A DNA stretch of 64,000 nt from positions 62,925-126,924 of the forward strand of contig CAZSGP010000006.1 of assembly GCA_964606485.1 (NCBI GenBank), in the 5' to 3' direction. Under the pieces are notes generated by a model, which saw only the letters and a list, made by a program, of their open reading frames with translations, was not told the origin of the DNA and made no database searches. The DNA comes from an uncultured Planctomycetia bacterium. GTDB lineage: Bacteria > Omnitrophota > Gorgyraeia > 2-02-FULL-51-18. Shown here piece by piece: positions 44,746 to 53,721 of this stretch; position 1 is the first letter of the stretch; each line of letters starts with the position of its first letter. Both the position numbers and the translations under genes were made by a program.

Positions 44746-46800
44746 TCAAGCGCTAGCCGCTAACTGCTGATAAGCAAGAATGGACTGCCAGTACCCAAAA
44801 GCGCTCCTCAGATATTTTTTTAGATCATAATATCCATTCAACATTTCTTTCGGAGGGTTGCTTCCAAATACAAGCTTCAACACTTCCAGGCGATCCTCGG
44901 GCGTGCGAACTTGGCTCATCCAAAACTGAAAACCAGCCTCAAGACGCAGGGCTACTTTTTCTGCAGGCAGTGTTTTCACGCGGCTGTCCATCCCGGCGGC
45001 AATACAAAATGTGTTGTCGCCGAGTTTCTCAAGAATATCTATCGTGTCCCGATAGGGGCTCGCGGACTCGATGAGCTGGCCTTGAAACTTTGGCAGGGCC
45101 TCCAGAGAACTCTTGAGCGCTTCTTTTTGGGAATTCGGTCCCGGATCCAATAAAATAAGCCAATAAGCGCTTGGCATCCCAGAAACAAGCCGGGTAAGTT
45201 CGCGCGTTTCAAGAAGAGAGGCGTCTACGATGTTGACGCGACGCTGACCCGCTGCTTCAATCGGCAGCGGCACAAAAACCGGCCAATTGGAGAGGTTTTT
45301 CTCCAAATCCAAAATTTTCAACAATCTTGTGAGCCGCGCGCCCTTACTATCTTTATCGGTTTTCATTGCCCCGCGCGGTTTTGTTTCCCACGGGTAAGGA
45401 TTGGCGCCGAGTCGGTTTAACGTTTGTGCGGTCTTAAAAATTTTAAGTTTGGCATCTTCAATCCGCATCAATAATTCGCCGATTTTTTGCTCATTTTCCA
45501 TCTGTGATTCTAAGCTTTCATTGGGACTGCGCCAAACTCCCCCTGGAAATATCTTTTGAAATTGCTCCAAGCTCTGATCCAGACGCTCCAACTCCTTTAC
45601 CAAAAGATGCATCGATATAAAAGCTTGGTTGTAAGCCGCGGCAAACTCACTGCGCGCTATTTGAACGCGAAGCTCGGCCTCCTTGACATTGGCTTGGGCC
45701 AAAGCCAAATCCGCCTCAAGTGGCGCGCCAAACGGAACCTTCAGCTGAAACGTTTGTTCACGACTCACAGCGCCATAAGATTCGAGCGGCCGGCCGGCGA
45801 GCTCGTGAAAAAATGGCCCCGGCATGTCACTGGGTCTAGGATTGGTTCCCCAAAAAGCGCCTATATTGAGAGACGCTCTTTGAGTGCGCTCGGCAAACGA
45901 GTAAGCGTGTTGCGCGGCCTCATAATCCCTTTCGGCTGCTAAGATCGCGGGGTTTGCCGCGGCGGCTTCTTGAAACGCAATATTACCGCGCCTCAAGATC
46001 GCCACCGCATTGTTAAAGCTGGTTTCAAAATCCAAAGAAACACTTATCTCCTTTCCTTGATCCAGCGGTGAACCGGAAAGCAGCATGAGTATTTTAGACT
46101 CTAGTTCATTGGCTTCTATATGAAGTTGTAAGATGTCGGCCTGCAACGCGGGGATTTCTCTTTGCGCTTTTTGCCTCGCTTTCTGGTTTGCCGGAACAGC
46201 AAGTTGAGTCAGCCGTTTTAAGGAAACCTGCCGCCCTTCCAAAATCTTTATTTTTTGACGTGTCAAATTAAGTTCAATCAAAAGATCGGCCGCTTGGTTT
46301 TTTTGAGCTAAAACGGTTTCCTGTAAACGGTGAAAACTCGCCAAAACCAATTGGCTCTGAATAAGGCGCGCTTCTTCGTCGGCACCCAGCAGTTTTCGTA
46401 AAAGCGCTCCCGCAAAATCGGCAGCTAAGGACAAACCGTTACTCCCGTAGATCGCCGACAAATTAATAGCCCCACTTGGGGTCATATAGGATACCGCCGA
46501 ACTAACAACCGGTTTATTGCCCTCGAACCCCCCGGTTATTTCGATAGCCCATCCGGGCTCCAGTCTTCCCTGCGCGGCTTCCTGTCGCCAAACATCAAGT
46601 CCCGAAAGTTTGACGTTTAAATTTTTTTCAATGAACGGCCAAAGATCATCGACACTCAAAAGAATCTTTCCGGGTTTGAACTGCTCTGGTATTTGCCGCG
46701 CTGGCTTAGGCGAAATAGGCTCCCAAGGCGCGCTTGCGCAGGACGGAATTATTACAACCGTGGCAAGACTCAGCAGCGACGCCAGTGCAAATGGTTTGCG
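44746..46800 (-). other. NodT/TolC-like outer membrane factor module preceded by its own lipoprotein-type signal peptide (AHRKPFALASLLSLATVVIIPSC) inside the 1,833-aa ORF
   Basis: The positively charged n-region + hydrophobic core + Cys follow immediately after GDGARL (verified DNA at 46795-46830). Downstream coiled-coil repeats (LAQKNQAADLLIELNLTRQKI..., EAELRVQIARSEFAAAYNQAF...) are typical of OMF proteins, and NodT-family OMFs are N-terminally lipidated. Confidence 0.5.
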
Positions 46801-49800
46801 ATGAGCGAGTCTTGCGCCATCACCTTGAACCAGTCTTAGCAGTTCCGACGCTAGTTTCTTTTCTTCATCACTCCAATTTAGCGAAACAAGTGTTGCGTTT
46901 GGTAAAAAATTAACATAATTGGAAGAAAGTGTCATTTTTCCGTCTAGCCCAAGAGTTAAAAACTGCGTAAGATTTCCTGCAAATTCACCGTCTAACGCAG
47001 CAAAACCTGATTGCATTTCCCACTTCCAAATCCTCCTTAAATTTTTAAGTGCCGCTACCCGAATCGCTTTATTCGGGTCTTTTGCGGCAGCGATGAGGTA
47101 GTCCGAAGCGGAAATGACTTTTTTGCGACCAATAAAATTTATGGCTAACACACGGTAATTGGTTTCAATGCCCGAACTGAGGGCAAGCTCTCCTGCATAA
47201 GCAATATCCAGATACCATTTTTGCAATCTCGCATTCTTTCCTTTAGTGGCTTCATCCAATCGGAAGATATTCTGAATCACCCTCTCAAATTGTTTCGCGT
47301 CGCTCGCTTTGAGCGCTAAGGACGCCCGATCATCTTCTTTATCCCAATCTGAGATCACCGAAAGCGCGGGATCTTCTGGGTTAAATTTTTTTATCGGGAG
47401 ATTCCGTCCTTCTTCGATCCAGCTCCGCAAATTTATGGCAGTTTTTTCGGGACCGTCAGACTCGATCAAAACCATCGCGTATTGATGAAGAGCTCCTTTC
47501 ATGCCAACCGTAACGGTATACATGTCGTTCTGGGCGATCTTTCTTAAAATGGCGTTATTGACGCCGTCATGAAATTCCTTAGTCGAAAGTAATTGGATTA
47601 GGACTTGGCGGGCTTGCTGTTTCTGCTCTTCATAAGAACGGACAAGCGCCGGTGTTTTTTCGGGAGGTTGCCGTTTGAGAAGTTCGAGCAAGCCTTCCGT
47701 GTAACTTTCTGTGGGATTCGCTAAAGCCGACTGCAATACCGCCTTAAGGACGTAGTAATCTTTTTCATTTTCCAAGCCGTAACGAACAAATGATGTTGCG
47801 CGGTCAGCGCCGGCAATTTTTGGCAAAGCGAGATAAGCGGCGTATCGCGCAAAAAGACTCGGATCTTCCTGAGTCATTTGAGCAATTCGTATGGCGGCAT
47901 CCTTTCGAAGCGCTTCTGAAAAAATATTTGCTTGGTCCGCTAAAGCTGCCTTTCTTAAAGCTTCCGCGCTCATAAAGCGAACCAGATCATCCGGGTCGCT
48001 CAACCCGTATTGAATCAAAATCTGGATGTCAGCCTGGTTTGGTCCGATCATCACGAGCCACTGCGCAGCCAGGGCCCGCAAAATCCTCACGCCTTCCCTA
48101 TTCCAAAAACCATACGGGTCATTTCCGGAGTCAGGCCTCAGCATTTCATGCGCCGTAAGAATCCCTTCAGCTTTCCGGTTAAAAATAAGGTGCATCATTG
48201 CAACATAACGCTCCGCCCAAGGCCTTGATCTGTCTTTCAAGACCGCAAGCGCTGAGGGTTTAAAATCAGTGTCCTCGTAGGCCTCAATCTTACCGATAGC
48301 GCCAGAATTTTGGAGCTTCTCAAGTTCTTTGTAAGTCATTTCGTTGCATAGCGGACAAGAATCCATTTTGGATACGGGGCTCATGATTTGGATACGCGGA
48401 AGCTTTCCATAATCCTCGACCGGAATAATGTCCGCTGTTCTTGAAACGGCGGATCTGCCGTTTATGATGGATATCTCAGAGGTCATTCTTCTAGCAACCT
48501 GATACAAATCGTCTTCGGTCGGAACAGCAGAATCAAAATTTTTGGAAAGACTCGGCAGGCTAAGCTCGGATTTGGGAGGCGTTTGAGTTTCTTTTGCGCT
48601 TTGAATCGAACACGCGGGCAATGCCAAAATCAAGGCGCCGGCTGCCGCCATCAAGATACCGCCATCTGGCTGCCGCGTGACAAGTCTTGCGCCCAGAGGT
48701 GTATCCAATCGAACCCCATCGGGACTCATTGATACGAGCTGAATAGAAGAAACGGCTTCGGCGCCAGGAAGAAAACGACGCGTCAGCACTGTCGGCGCGC
48801 TGACAGTCGATGGGCCATGATTTTGAGAATAAATTTTTGAATTTCCGATAGGATTTATCTCAATAATTTTTTTTGAACTTTCATTTTGATCCAACAAACC
48901 CAAATACTGCTTCTTTAGCAGGTTTAAATCGTAACCGTTGAACACCGCGGCGCCAAACATCGCATAAAGCATTTCGGTCATACGGGCCTGAATCGCGCGG
49001 CGGCTCTGACTGTTGAGAGCCCGGAATTCATAGAGACGCTTGGAATCGAGTTTCTCAAGCTTTGGCCTTAAAACCGTGACATTCAATCCGCGAAGCCTCA
49101 AATCGTTCACAAGGCCCGCCGTATGAAACCCACCCACCACTAAAACGGCTTCCGGAGATTTGCGGCGGCGCATTTGGGCCAAAAGATTTTCCGCCATCGG
49201 CTTTTCTCGCGCCACAACACCTTCATAGAAACACAAACAGGCTTTGAGACGAGCTTGAAGCGACTTAAATTCGCTTTCCGAAAGAAAATGGTTTGGATTT
49301 TCAAGACTTGCTATTCTAAAAACATCTTCACGAGACGCTTCTAGCGCCATAACTCTTTCAATACGTCTAAGCCTGCGCACTGACTCGAGCGCACGAAGCT
49401 CATCTGTGGACGACGCTTCTAAAAGAAGCATCCGCTCCGACAGCCTTTGAATTTCATCGGCAACATCTTCCGCTAATACGCCCTCAGGGAGAATATTTTT
49501 TTCAAATAGAACACTAAACCTCGGCGCGCTAAAACCGGTTCCCTCAAGCTTATGCAGAGCTTGCTTCAAATCCTCAAAAAATTCTTTGCCGGTCGTTGTC
49601 TCAGGCCGGTCTAGGGCATTCATCCAGCGGATCACTCCCGAGGATAGCGTTTCATTTTCCATCGCACTAACCATTTTTGAGAATTTTTGAATTTGCGGGT
49701 TGAGCTGGACACCTTCTCGTTTTAAGCGCGCGTAGACTTTCCAGTTATGGCTATAAAGTCTAGGGTCTTCGACGCCCCGGATTTCAACTTCAGCCTCAGT

Positions 49801-50247
49801 CGTAATCGCCGCATATTCTGCGGCCGAAATTTTAGATTCGCGCAGCAGTTCAAAGGCCGCATTTTTTCGGATTTCCGTATCCGGAAATGATTTGAGAAAT
49901 GAAATTTCAGGTTCACCCGAAGCGCCTTCGATGCCAATCAGGCTTTTAGGTTCATTTTCAAGAATGGTTTGAACAATTTGAGCAATCTGAATCTGCCCCC
50001 CAAGGCTTGAATGGATATCTTCAATTAACCATACGCTCGGCTGATTCGGAGATTGGCTCGATAGATTCTTGCCGCCTACTTCCAATGAATATGCAAAATT
50101 TTCAATACAAAACACCGCTACTATAAGACTCGTAATAAATTTAAAATAAAATGGCTTACTAAACATAAATATCTCCAAAAAATAGCAGTATCCCTCGCTA
50201 ATGCGGGGATTAAAATGAACGGATTCCCGCGGTGGCGGGAATGACAA
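44746..50247 (-). CDS. Giant multidomain protein (1,833 aa by track; likely true ATG start about 50166, MFSKPFYFKF...). Domain order: signal peptide, TraB/GumN-like N-domain, internal lipoprotein-type signal peptide, HEAT-like repeats, second internal lipobox signal peptide, C-terminal NodT/TolC-like outer-membrane-factor module
   Basis: Shares N-terminal domain with the 1..14892 ORF (VWLIEDIH, VLVVGGFHTAGL). Contains G-A-R-L three times. The first 27 track codons (TTG start) read through GC-rich hairpins, an unlikely coding region. Confidence 0.8.
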   Translation of the reverse strand: MSFPPPRESVHFNPRISEGYCYFLEIFMFSKPFYFKFITSLIVAVFCIENFAYSLEVGGKNLSSQSPNQPSVWLIEDIHSSLGGQIQIAQIVQTILENEPKSLIGIEGASGEPEISFLKSFPDTEIRKNAAFELLRESKISAAEYAAITTEAEVEIRGVEDPRLYSHNWKVYARLKREGVQLNPQIQKFSKMVSAMENETLSSGVIRWMNALDRPETTTGKEFFEDLKQALHKLEGTGFSAPRFSVLFEKNILPEGVLAEDVADEIQRLSERMLLLEASSTDELRALESVRRLRRIERVMALEASREDVFRIASLENPNHFLSESEFKSLQARLKACLCFYEGVVAREKPMAENLLAQMRRRKSPEAVLVVGGFHTAGLVNDLRLRGLNVTVLRPKLEKLDSKRLYEFRALNSQSRRAIQARMTEMLYAMFGAAVFNGYDLNLLKKQYLGLLDQNESSKKIIEINPIGNSKIYSQNHGPSTVSAPTVLTRRFLPGAEAVSSIQLVSMSPDGVRLDTPLGARLVTRQPDGGILMAAAGALILALPACSIQSAKETQTPPKSELSLPSLSKNFDSAVPTEDDLYQVARRMTSEISIINGRSAVSRTADIIPVEDYGKLPRIQIMSPVSKMDSCPLCNEMTYKELEKLQNSGAIGKIEAYEDTDFKPSALAVLKDRSRPWAERYVAMMHLIFNRKAEGILTAHEMLRPDSGNDPYGFWNREGVRILRALAAQWLVMIGPNQADIQILIQYGLSDPDDLVRFMSAEALRKAALADQANIFSEALRKDAAIRIAQMTQEDPSLFARYAAYLALPKIAGADRATSFVRYGLENEKDYYVLKAVLQSALANPTESYTEGLLELLKRQPPEKTPALVRSYEEQKQQARQVLIQLLSTKEFHDGVNNAILRKIAQNDMYTVTVGMKGALHQYAMVLIESDGPEKTAINLRSWIEEGRNLPIKKFNPEDPALSVISDWDKEDDRASLALKASDAKQFERVIQNIFRLDEATKGKNARLQKWYLDIAYAGELALSSGIETNYRVLAINFIGRKKVISASDYLIAAAKDPNKAIRVAALKNLRRIWKWEMQSGFAALDGEFAGNLTQFLTLGLDGKMTLSSNYVNFLPNATLVSLNWSDEEKKLASELLRLVQGDGARLAHRKPFALASLLSLATVVIIPSCASAPWEPISPKPARQIPEQFKPGKILLSVDDLWPFIEKNLNVKLSGLDVWRQEAAQGRLEPGWAIEITGGFEGNKPVVSSAVSYMTPSGAINLSAIYGSNGLSLAADFAGALLRKLLGADEEARLIQSQLVLASFHRLQETVLAQKNQAADLLIELNLTRQKIKILEGRQVSLKRLTQLAVPANQKARQKAQREIPALQADILQLHIEANELESKILMLLSGSPLDQGKEISVSLDFETSFNNAVAILRRGNIAFQEAAAANPAILAAERDYEAAQHAYSFAERTQRASLNIGAFWGTNPRPSDMPGPFFHELAGRPLESYGAVSREQTFQLKVPFGAPLEADLALAQANVKEAELRVQIARSEFAAAYNQAFISMHLLVKELERLDQSLEQFQKIFPGGVWRSPNESLESQMENEQKIGELLMRIEDAKLKIFKTAQTLNRLGANPYPWETKPRGAMKTDKDSKGARLTRLLKILDLEKNLSNWPVFVPLPIEAAGQRRVNIVDASLLETRELTRLVSGMPSAYWLILLDPGPNSQKEALKSSLEALPKFQGQLIESASPYRDTIDILEKLGDNTFCIAAGMDSRVKTLPAEKVALRLEAGFQFWMSQVRTPEDRLEVLKLVFGSNPPKEMLNGYYDLKKYLRSAFGYWQSILAYQQLAASA
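50190..50242. repeat. Two adjacent GC-rich palindromic hairpins (ATCCCTCGC-TAAT-GCGGGGAT and ATTCCCGC-GGTG-GCGGGAAT) in the leader of giant ORF 2
   Basis: Perfect 8-bp stem at 50223-50242; imperfect 8/9-bp stem at 50190-50210; located between the stop of the small upstream ORF (50252) and the likely ATG of the giant ORF (about 50166). Confidence 0.55.
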
Positions 50248-50251
50248 TTTG

Positions 50252-50635
50252 TTATGAGTGGAGAATTATTTCAGGGGGGCGAAAAGTAGAGCGGGCTAAG
50301 TAAAAGGTATTACTCAGCGCATTGCTTTCCAGCAATTGCGTTTCCAAACTAGCTAAATTCTGAGGGGTGGCACGTAGCGTCCAATCACTTCCCCCGCCCG
50401 CAGAAGACTTGGTTTGACGTTCGGCTGCAGAAGCGTTATCCATGGAAACTTTTCCGGAATTTTCTTTCGAGACCTTCGTCTCGGGCGGGGCGTCCGGACT
50501 CATCATCGAGCACATGTGAAACGCGCGGTTTCCGTTACAAGCGGATTTTTCCTGCGAGGGCTTGATAAACGACCCTAGCGGTAAAACCCACAGAAGTACA
50601 GAGACCGCGCTAAAAAATCCAACAAATCGTTTCAC
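50252..50635 (-). CDS. Small secreted protein of unknown function (signal peptide, Ser/Ala-rich)
   Basis: 127-aa ORF with typical signal peptide MKRFVGFFSAVSVLLWVLPLGSF, co-directional and immediately upstream of giant ORF 2; no recognisable family. Confidence 0.4.
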   Translation of the reverse strand: MKRFVGFFSAVSVLLWVLPLGSFIKPSQEKSACNGNRAFHMCSMMSPDAPPETKVSKENSGKVSMDNASAAERQTKSSAGGGSDWTLRATPQNLASLETQLLESNALSNTFYLARSTFRPPEIILHS

Positions 50636-50644
50636 TAAAAATCC

Positions 50645-51118
50645 TTATTCTAAATACGCTCTCAGCATCCAGGCCATTTTTTCATGCTGTTCCATGATGC
50701 CGGTCAAAAAATCGCTGGTTCCCACATCTTCATGGGATTCAGCGCAGGCGACGAGATCTTTTCTTAAATTTTGCACAATCGCCTCGTGATCCGCTAAAAG
50801 CGCGCCGATCATTTTATTGGCCGCGGAGTAAGTTCCCGGAGTTTCCTTGAGCGTCGCGTGTTTTAAAAATTCTACCAGAGTCCCCAGCGATTTTTCACCA
50901 AGCGAGCGAACGCGCTCAGCGACTTCGTCAATAATTCCATCCAGCTCTTCGTACTGGGCTTCAAAAAATTTGTGGAGCTCAGAAAAATCCGTTCCCGTCA
51001 CATTCCAGTGAAAATTACGCGTTTTCGTGTACAGCACGTATTCGTCGGACAATGTGCGGTTTAAAATGGCGGCAACGGCCTTGCGGTCTTTGTCGGCTAT
51101 TCCAATGTTGGTTTTCAT
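50645..51118 (-). CDS. dps: Dps (DNA-binding ferritin-like protein)
   Basis: 157 aa; ferroxidase-site residues in YTKTRNFHWNV ... FFEAQYEELDGIIDEVAERV ... ESHED pattern typical of Dps. Confidence 0.8.
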   Translation of the reverse strand: MKTNIGIADKDRKAVAAILNRTLSDEYVLYTKTRNFHWNVTGTDFSELHKFFEAQYEELDGIIDEVAERVRSLGEKSLGTLVEFLKHATLKETPGTYSAANKMIGALLADHEAIVQNLRKDLVACAESHEDVGTSDFLTGIMEQHEKMAWMLRAYLE

Positions 51119-51180
51119 CTAATGCCCCTCCAGATATCTTCAGATACTATTGTATGCCCCCGAGCGTCTCGCTTCAAGCG

Positions 51181-52686
51181 TTAGAACCTTTGCTCCCACT
51201 CTAAAATCCACTTGAGCTGGCCATCCGGCGCATCATCACTCACGCCAAAAAGGTAACCTAAATTGTATTTTAAACTCTGAAATACTTTTCCGCTAATCAC
51301 GGGTCCGATAAAATCCTTACCCTTCTCGTCAAACTCTAGAAACACCTCGACTCCGGGCTCCAGGTATTCTTTCCACCGATAGCGAGAAGCCCACGAAAGC
51401 CCCGGCACCACTTCATCTTCGTCGCCAAACTCTGCTTCTAGATTCAAGTTAGCGGTATGGACAAAATTATCGATTTGTTTTTCGAGCAGAATCTTCATCT
51501 CAATCTCATCATTGGCTTCATCTTCTGCCGCAAATTCGTATTCCGCATATAAACCAGTATCCAGAGCCCATGCGCCGGGCTCCGAAAGTTGAAACCGGTT
51601 CTCCCATTTGACGTGCTCAAATTCGGTGTCTCCTTGAGGAACCTTCTCCAATTCACCGTAAATTTCAGAAAACCACCAATCGGTGAATCCGTAACCGATG
51701 CCAAAATTATGTTTTTGTTTGTCGTCTTTTTTAGAATTGTTATCAAAATCAACGCTAGCTTTATATTCCAGTTCCAGCTCCCCTTTTTCGACCAGTGGAG
51801 AATAAACTTGAGAAAATGACCATGCATTTGTTGAGCCGCTGATCAAACTCAGTGAAATTAAAGCAGTAGCTAGAACTTTCTTGCTCGAAACAGATTTTCC
51901 TAAATTTAAAAACAACATCATTCCTCCTATCGTTAATCCGTAAAATAAAACCTGCACCCCCATTGGTCGTTCCGTGTAGCCTAAAAGCGAATGAAGCACC
52001 TGGCCAAGCCATCCATTTTCAGCGACCAGTTTCGAGCTGTCCCACAAAGGCTCGCTCCAAAAGGAAACAAGACCGGCTGCGTTTAAAAAACCGATCGCCT
52101 GCGAAATCATTCCGGCCGCTAGAAAACTTAAAAGAATGCTCGTCGATGAAAAAATATGTTTGGGAGAAATTTTAATGAGCCCATAATAAATCAACACCCC
52201 TACAAGCGCACCCGCCCCAAAACCAATAGCTCCCCCAAGCAATAGCTCGGCCGCCTGGCCTCCGGAGGCGATCACGCCGTATGTAAAAAGAACGATTTCA
52301 GAGCCTTCTCTTAGGACTGCGAGTGCCACCACCACAGCGAGTGCCGACAATGTCTTCTCACCGGACTGAACGGCGAGGCCGACTGATTTAAAACGTTCGG
52401 TCATCTGACGGCCATGATGCTTCATCCAAATGACGGTCCAAATAATCAAAAGGGCCGCTAAAATGAGAATGCCTGCATTAAAAATTTCTTGTCCCATGCC
52501 CTCGGCGCATTCGGATATTTTTTGCGCGAACAGCGCAACTAAGCCTGAGAGTGCTGCTCCCGCCGCCAATCCTCCAAGCGCCCAGCGCTTCCGGCCTGAG
52601 ATTCCGCGGGTTGTCGCAAGCACCACGCCGACAATGAGTGCAATTTCCAACACTTCTCGAAAAAGGATAATCGCTATCTGAATCAC
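51181..52686 (-). CDS. FTR1/EfeU-family high-affinity iron permease fused to an about 220-aa C-terminal acidic, beta-rich domain of unknown family
   Basis: Two REGxE motifs (REVLEIALIVG, REGSEIVLF) in a 7-TM N-terminal half; C-terminal half (ELELEYKASVDFDNN ... KYNLGYLFGVSDDAPDGQLKWILEWEQRF) has alternating aromatic/polar beta-strand-like pattern. Confidence 0.65.
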   Translation of the reverse strand: MIQIAIILFREVLEIALIVGVVLATTRGISGRKRWALGGLAAGAALSGLVALFAQKISECAEGMGQEIFNAGILILAALLIIWTVIWMKHHGRQMTERFKSVGLAVQSGEKTLSALAVVVALAVLREGSEIVLFTYGVIASGGQAAELLLGGAIGFGAGALVGVLIYYGLIKISPKHIFSSTSILLSFLAAGMISQAIGFLNAAGLVSFWSEPLWDSSKLVAENGWLGQVLHSLLGYTERPMGVQVLFYGLTIGGMMLFLNLGKSVSSKKVLATALISLSLISGSTNAWSFSQVYSPLVEKGELELEYKASVDFDNNSKKDDKQKHNFGIGYGFTDWWFSEIYGELEKVPQGDTEFEHVKWENRFQLSEPGAWALDTGLYAEYEFAAEDEANDEIEMKILLEKQIDNFVHTANLNLEAEFGDEDEVVPGLSWASRYRWKEYLEPGVEVFLEFDEKGKDFIGPVISGKVFQSLKYNLGYLFGVSDDAPDGQLKWILEWEQRF

Positions 52687-53048
52687 GCGGCGCTCTCCTT
52701 AGCCACAATGGTGCCTACAGCTGTATCTTTGTGAAACTCCCCAAAATAAGTGTACCGGCCCGGTTGCAGTGGCCCCAAAAAAAGCGTTATCTTTGAATGC
52801 CCTGAAACCACCTTCTCGCGCCGCAGTTCGTAACTTTCGAACTCTTCGGGCGTGGCGTCCTGGTTATCAACCGTCAATTTAATTTTTTGATGAGCGGGCA
52901 CAGTGATCTCGGCGGGAGAAAACTGATGGTCCTTAATCGTGAGTGTATAGACCTCCTCCGCTTGAGCCAAACTAGAAAAACAAGTCATGAAAACCACGGC
53001 GTAAAATAACGCCGCTTCTTTTTTAGGGGTTACGTTTTGAACAATCAT
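52683..53048 (-). CDS. Periplasmic cupredoxin-like protein (FtrB/EfeO-N-like) partnered with FTR1 permease
   Basis: Signal peptide, about 95-aa beta-sandwich-like sequence with His in HQF...HQK and GEFH; overlaps the FTR1 start by 4 nt. Confidence 0.45.
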   Translation of the reverse strand: MIVQNVTPKKEAALFYAVVFMTCFSSLAQAEEVYTLTIKDHQFSPAEITVPAHQKIKLTVDNQDATPEEFESYELRREKVVSGHSKITLFLGPLQPGRYTYFGEFHKDTAVGTIVAKESAA

Positions 53049-53064
53049 TTCAGCTCCTTATTAA

Positions 53065-53114
53065 TGAGACTAATTCTCAATTGAGATCCTATCTTATTGA
53101 GACTTAGTCTCAAT
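53065..53114. promoter_or_regulatory. Array of related palindromes (TGAGACTAATTCTCA, TCTCAATTGAGA, ATTGAGAC-TTA-GTCTCAAT) upstream of the cupredoxin-FTR1 operon; candidate operator
   Basis: Perfect 8-bp-arm palindrome at 53096-53114 and two overlapping TGAGA/TCTCA palindromes at 53065-53086, 17-66 bp upstream of the start at 53048. Confidence 0.5.
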
Positions 53115-53130
53115 GTCAAATCAAATTTTT

Positions 53131-53721
53131 TTAGCGGTTCACCAACGTCCCGATCACTTCCTGGAGTCCCCGCCGAATCAGCATCACGCCGATAGTCGCT
53201 AAAAGAAGATTGGAAATTTTGGAAAGCGTTTGCGAGCCTGTGTCCCCTAAAAGTTTAGAGATCTCACCTGAAAAACTGATGATCACGCCGCAGAGAAGAA
53301 TATTCGAAACAATCGAAAAAACCGTCGGGTAAACTCCGAAAGAATTTAAAAGAACGAGAGAGGAGGTTAAAACCGCGGGGCCCACGATGAGGGGCACTGC
53401 AATGGGGATCACGCCAACCGTCTCCGGCGCTGTTTTGAGTGTTTTGGCAGACACCAGCAAATCGCGGATCGACACAATAAATAAGATAGCGCCGCCGGCA
53501 ATTAAAAAATCGCTAATGGTAATCCCGAGCCACTGCATCACAAACTTTCCAACCCATATAAATGAAAGGGAAACAATGAGTGCTGTCATCACCGAATGCC
53601 GAACCAGTGTTTGGCGCTGAGTCTTCCCCATTTTGCTCGTAAGCCCAATGAAAACCGGAAGCATGCCAAGCGCATCGACTGCGACGAAAATAGGAACAAA
53701 GGCGAGAAAAAAATCATTCAT
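53131..53721 (-). CDS. MarC-family integral membrane protein (UPF0056)
   Basis: 196 aa, 6 TM, conserved MarC N-terminal block FLAFVPIFVAVDALGMLPVFIGLT. Confidence 0.65.
   Translation of the reverse strand: MNDFFLAFVPIFVAVDALGMLPVFIGLTSKMGKTQRQTLVRHSVMTALIVSLSFIWVGKFVMQWLGITISDFLIAGGAILFIVSIRDLLVSAKTLKTAPETVGVIPIAVPLIVGPAVLTSSLVLLNSFGVYPTVFSIVSNILLCGVIISFSGEISKLLGDTGSQTLSKISNLLLATIGVMLIRRGLQEVIGTLVNR

Noticed and set aside
44746-50247. Use of an alternative genetic code to explain giant ORFs
   Set aside because: Stop-codon reassignment would fragment, not lengthen, ORFs under standard translation. All ordinary genes here terminate normally with standard stops and have standard lengths.
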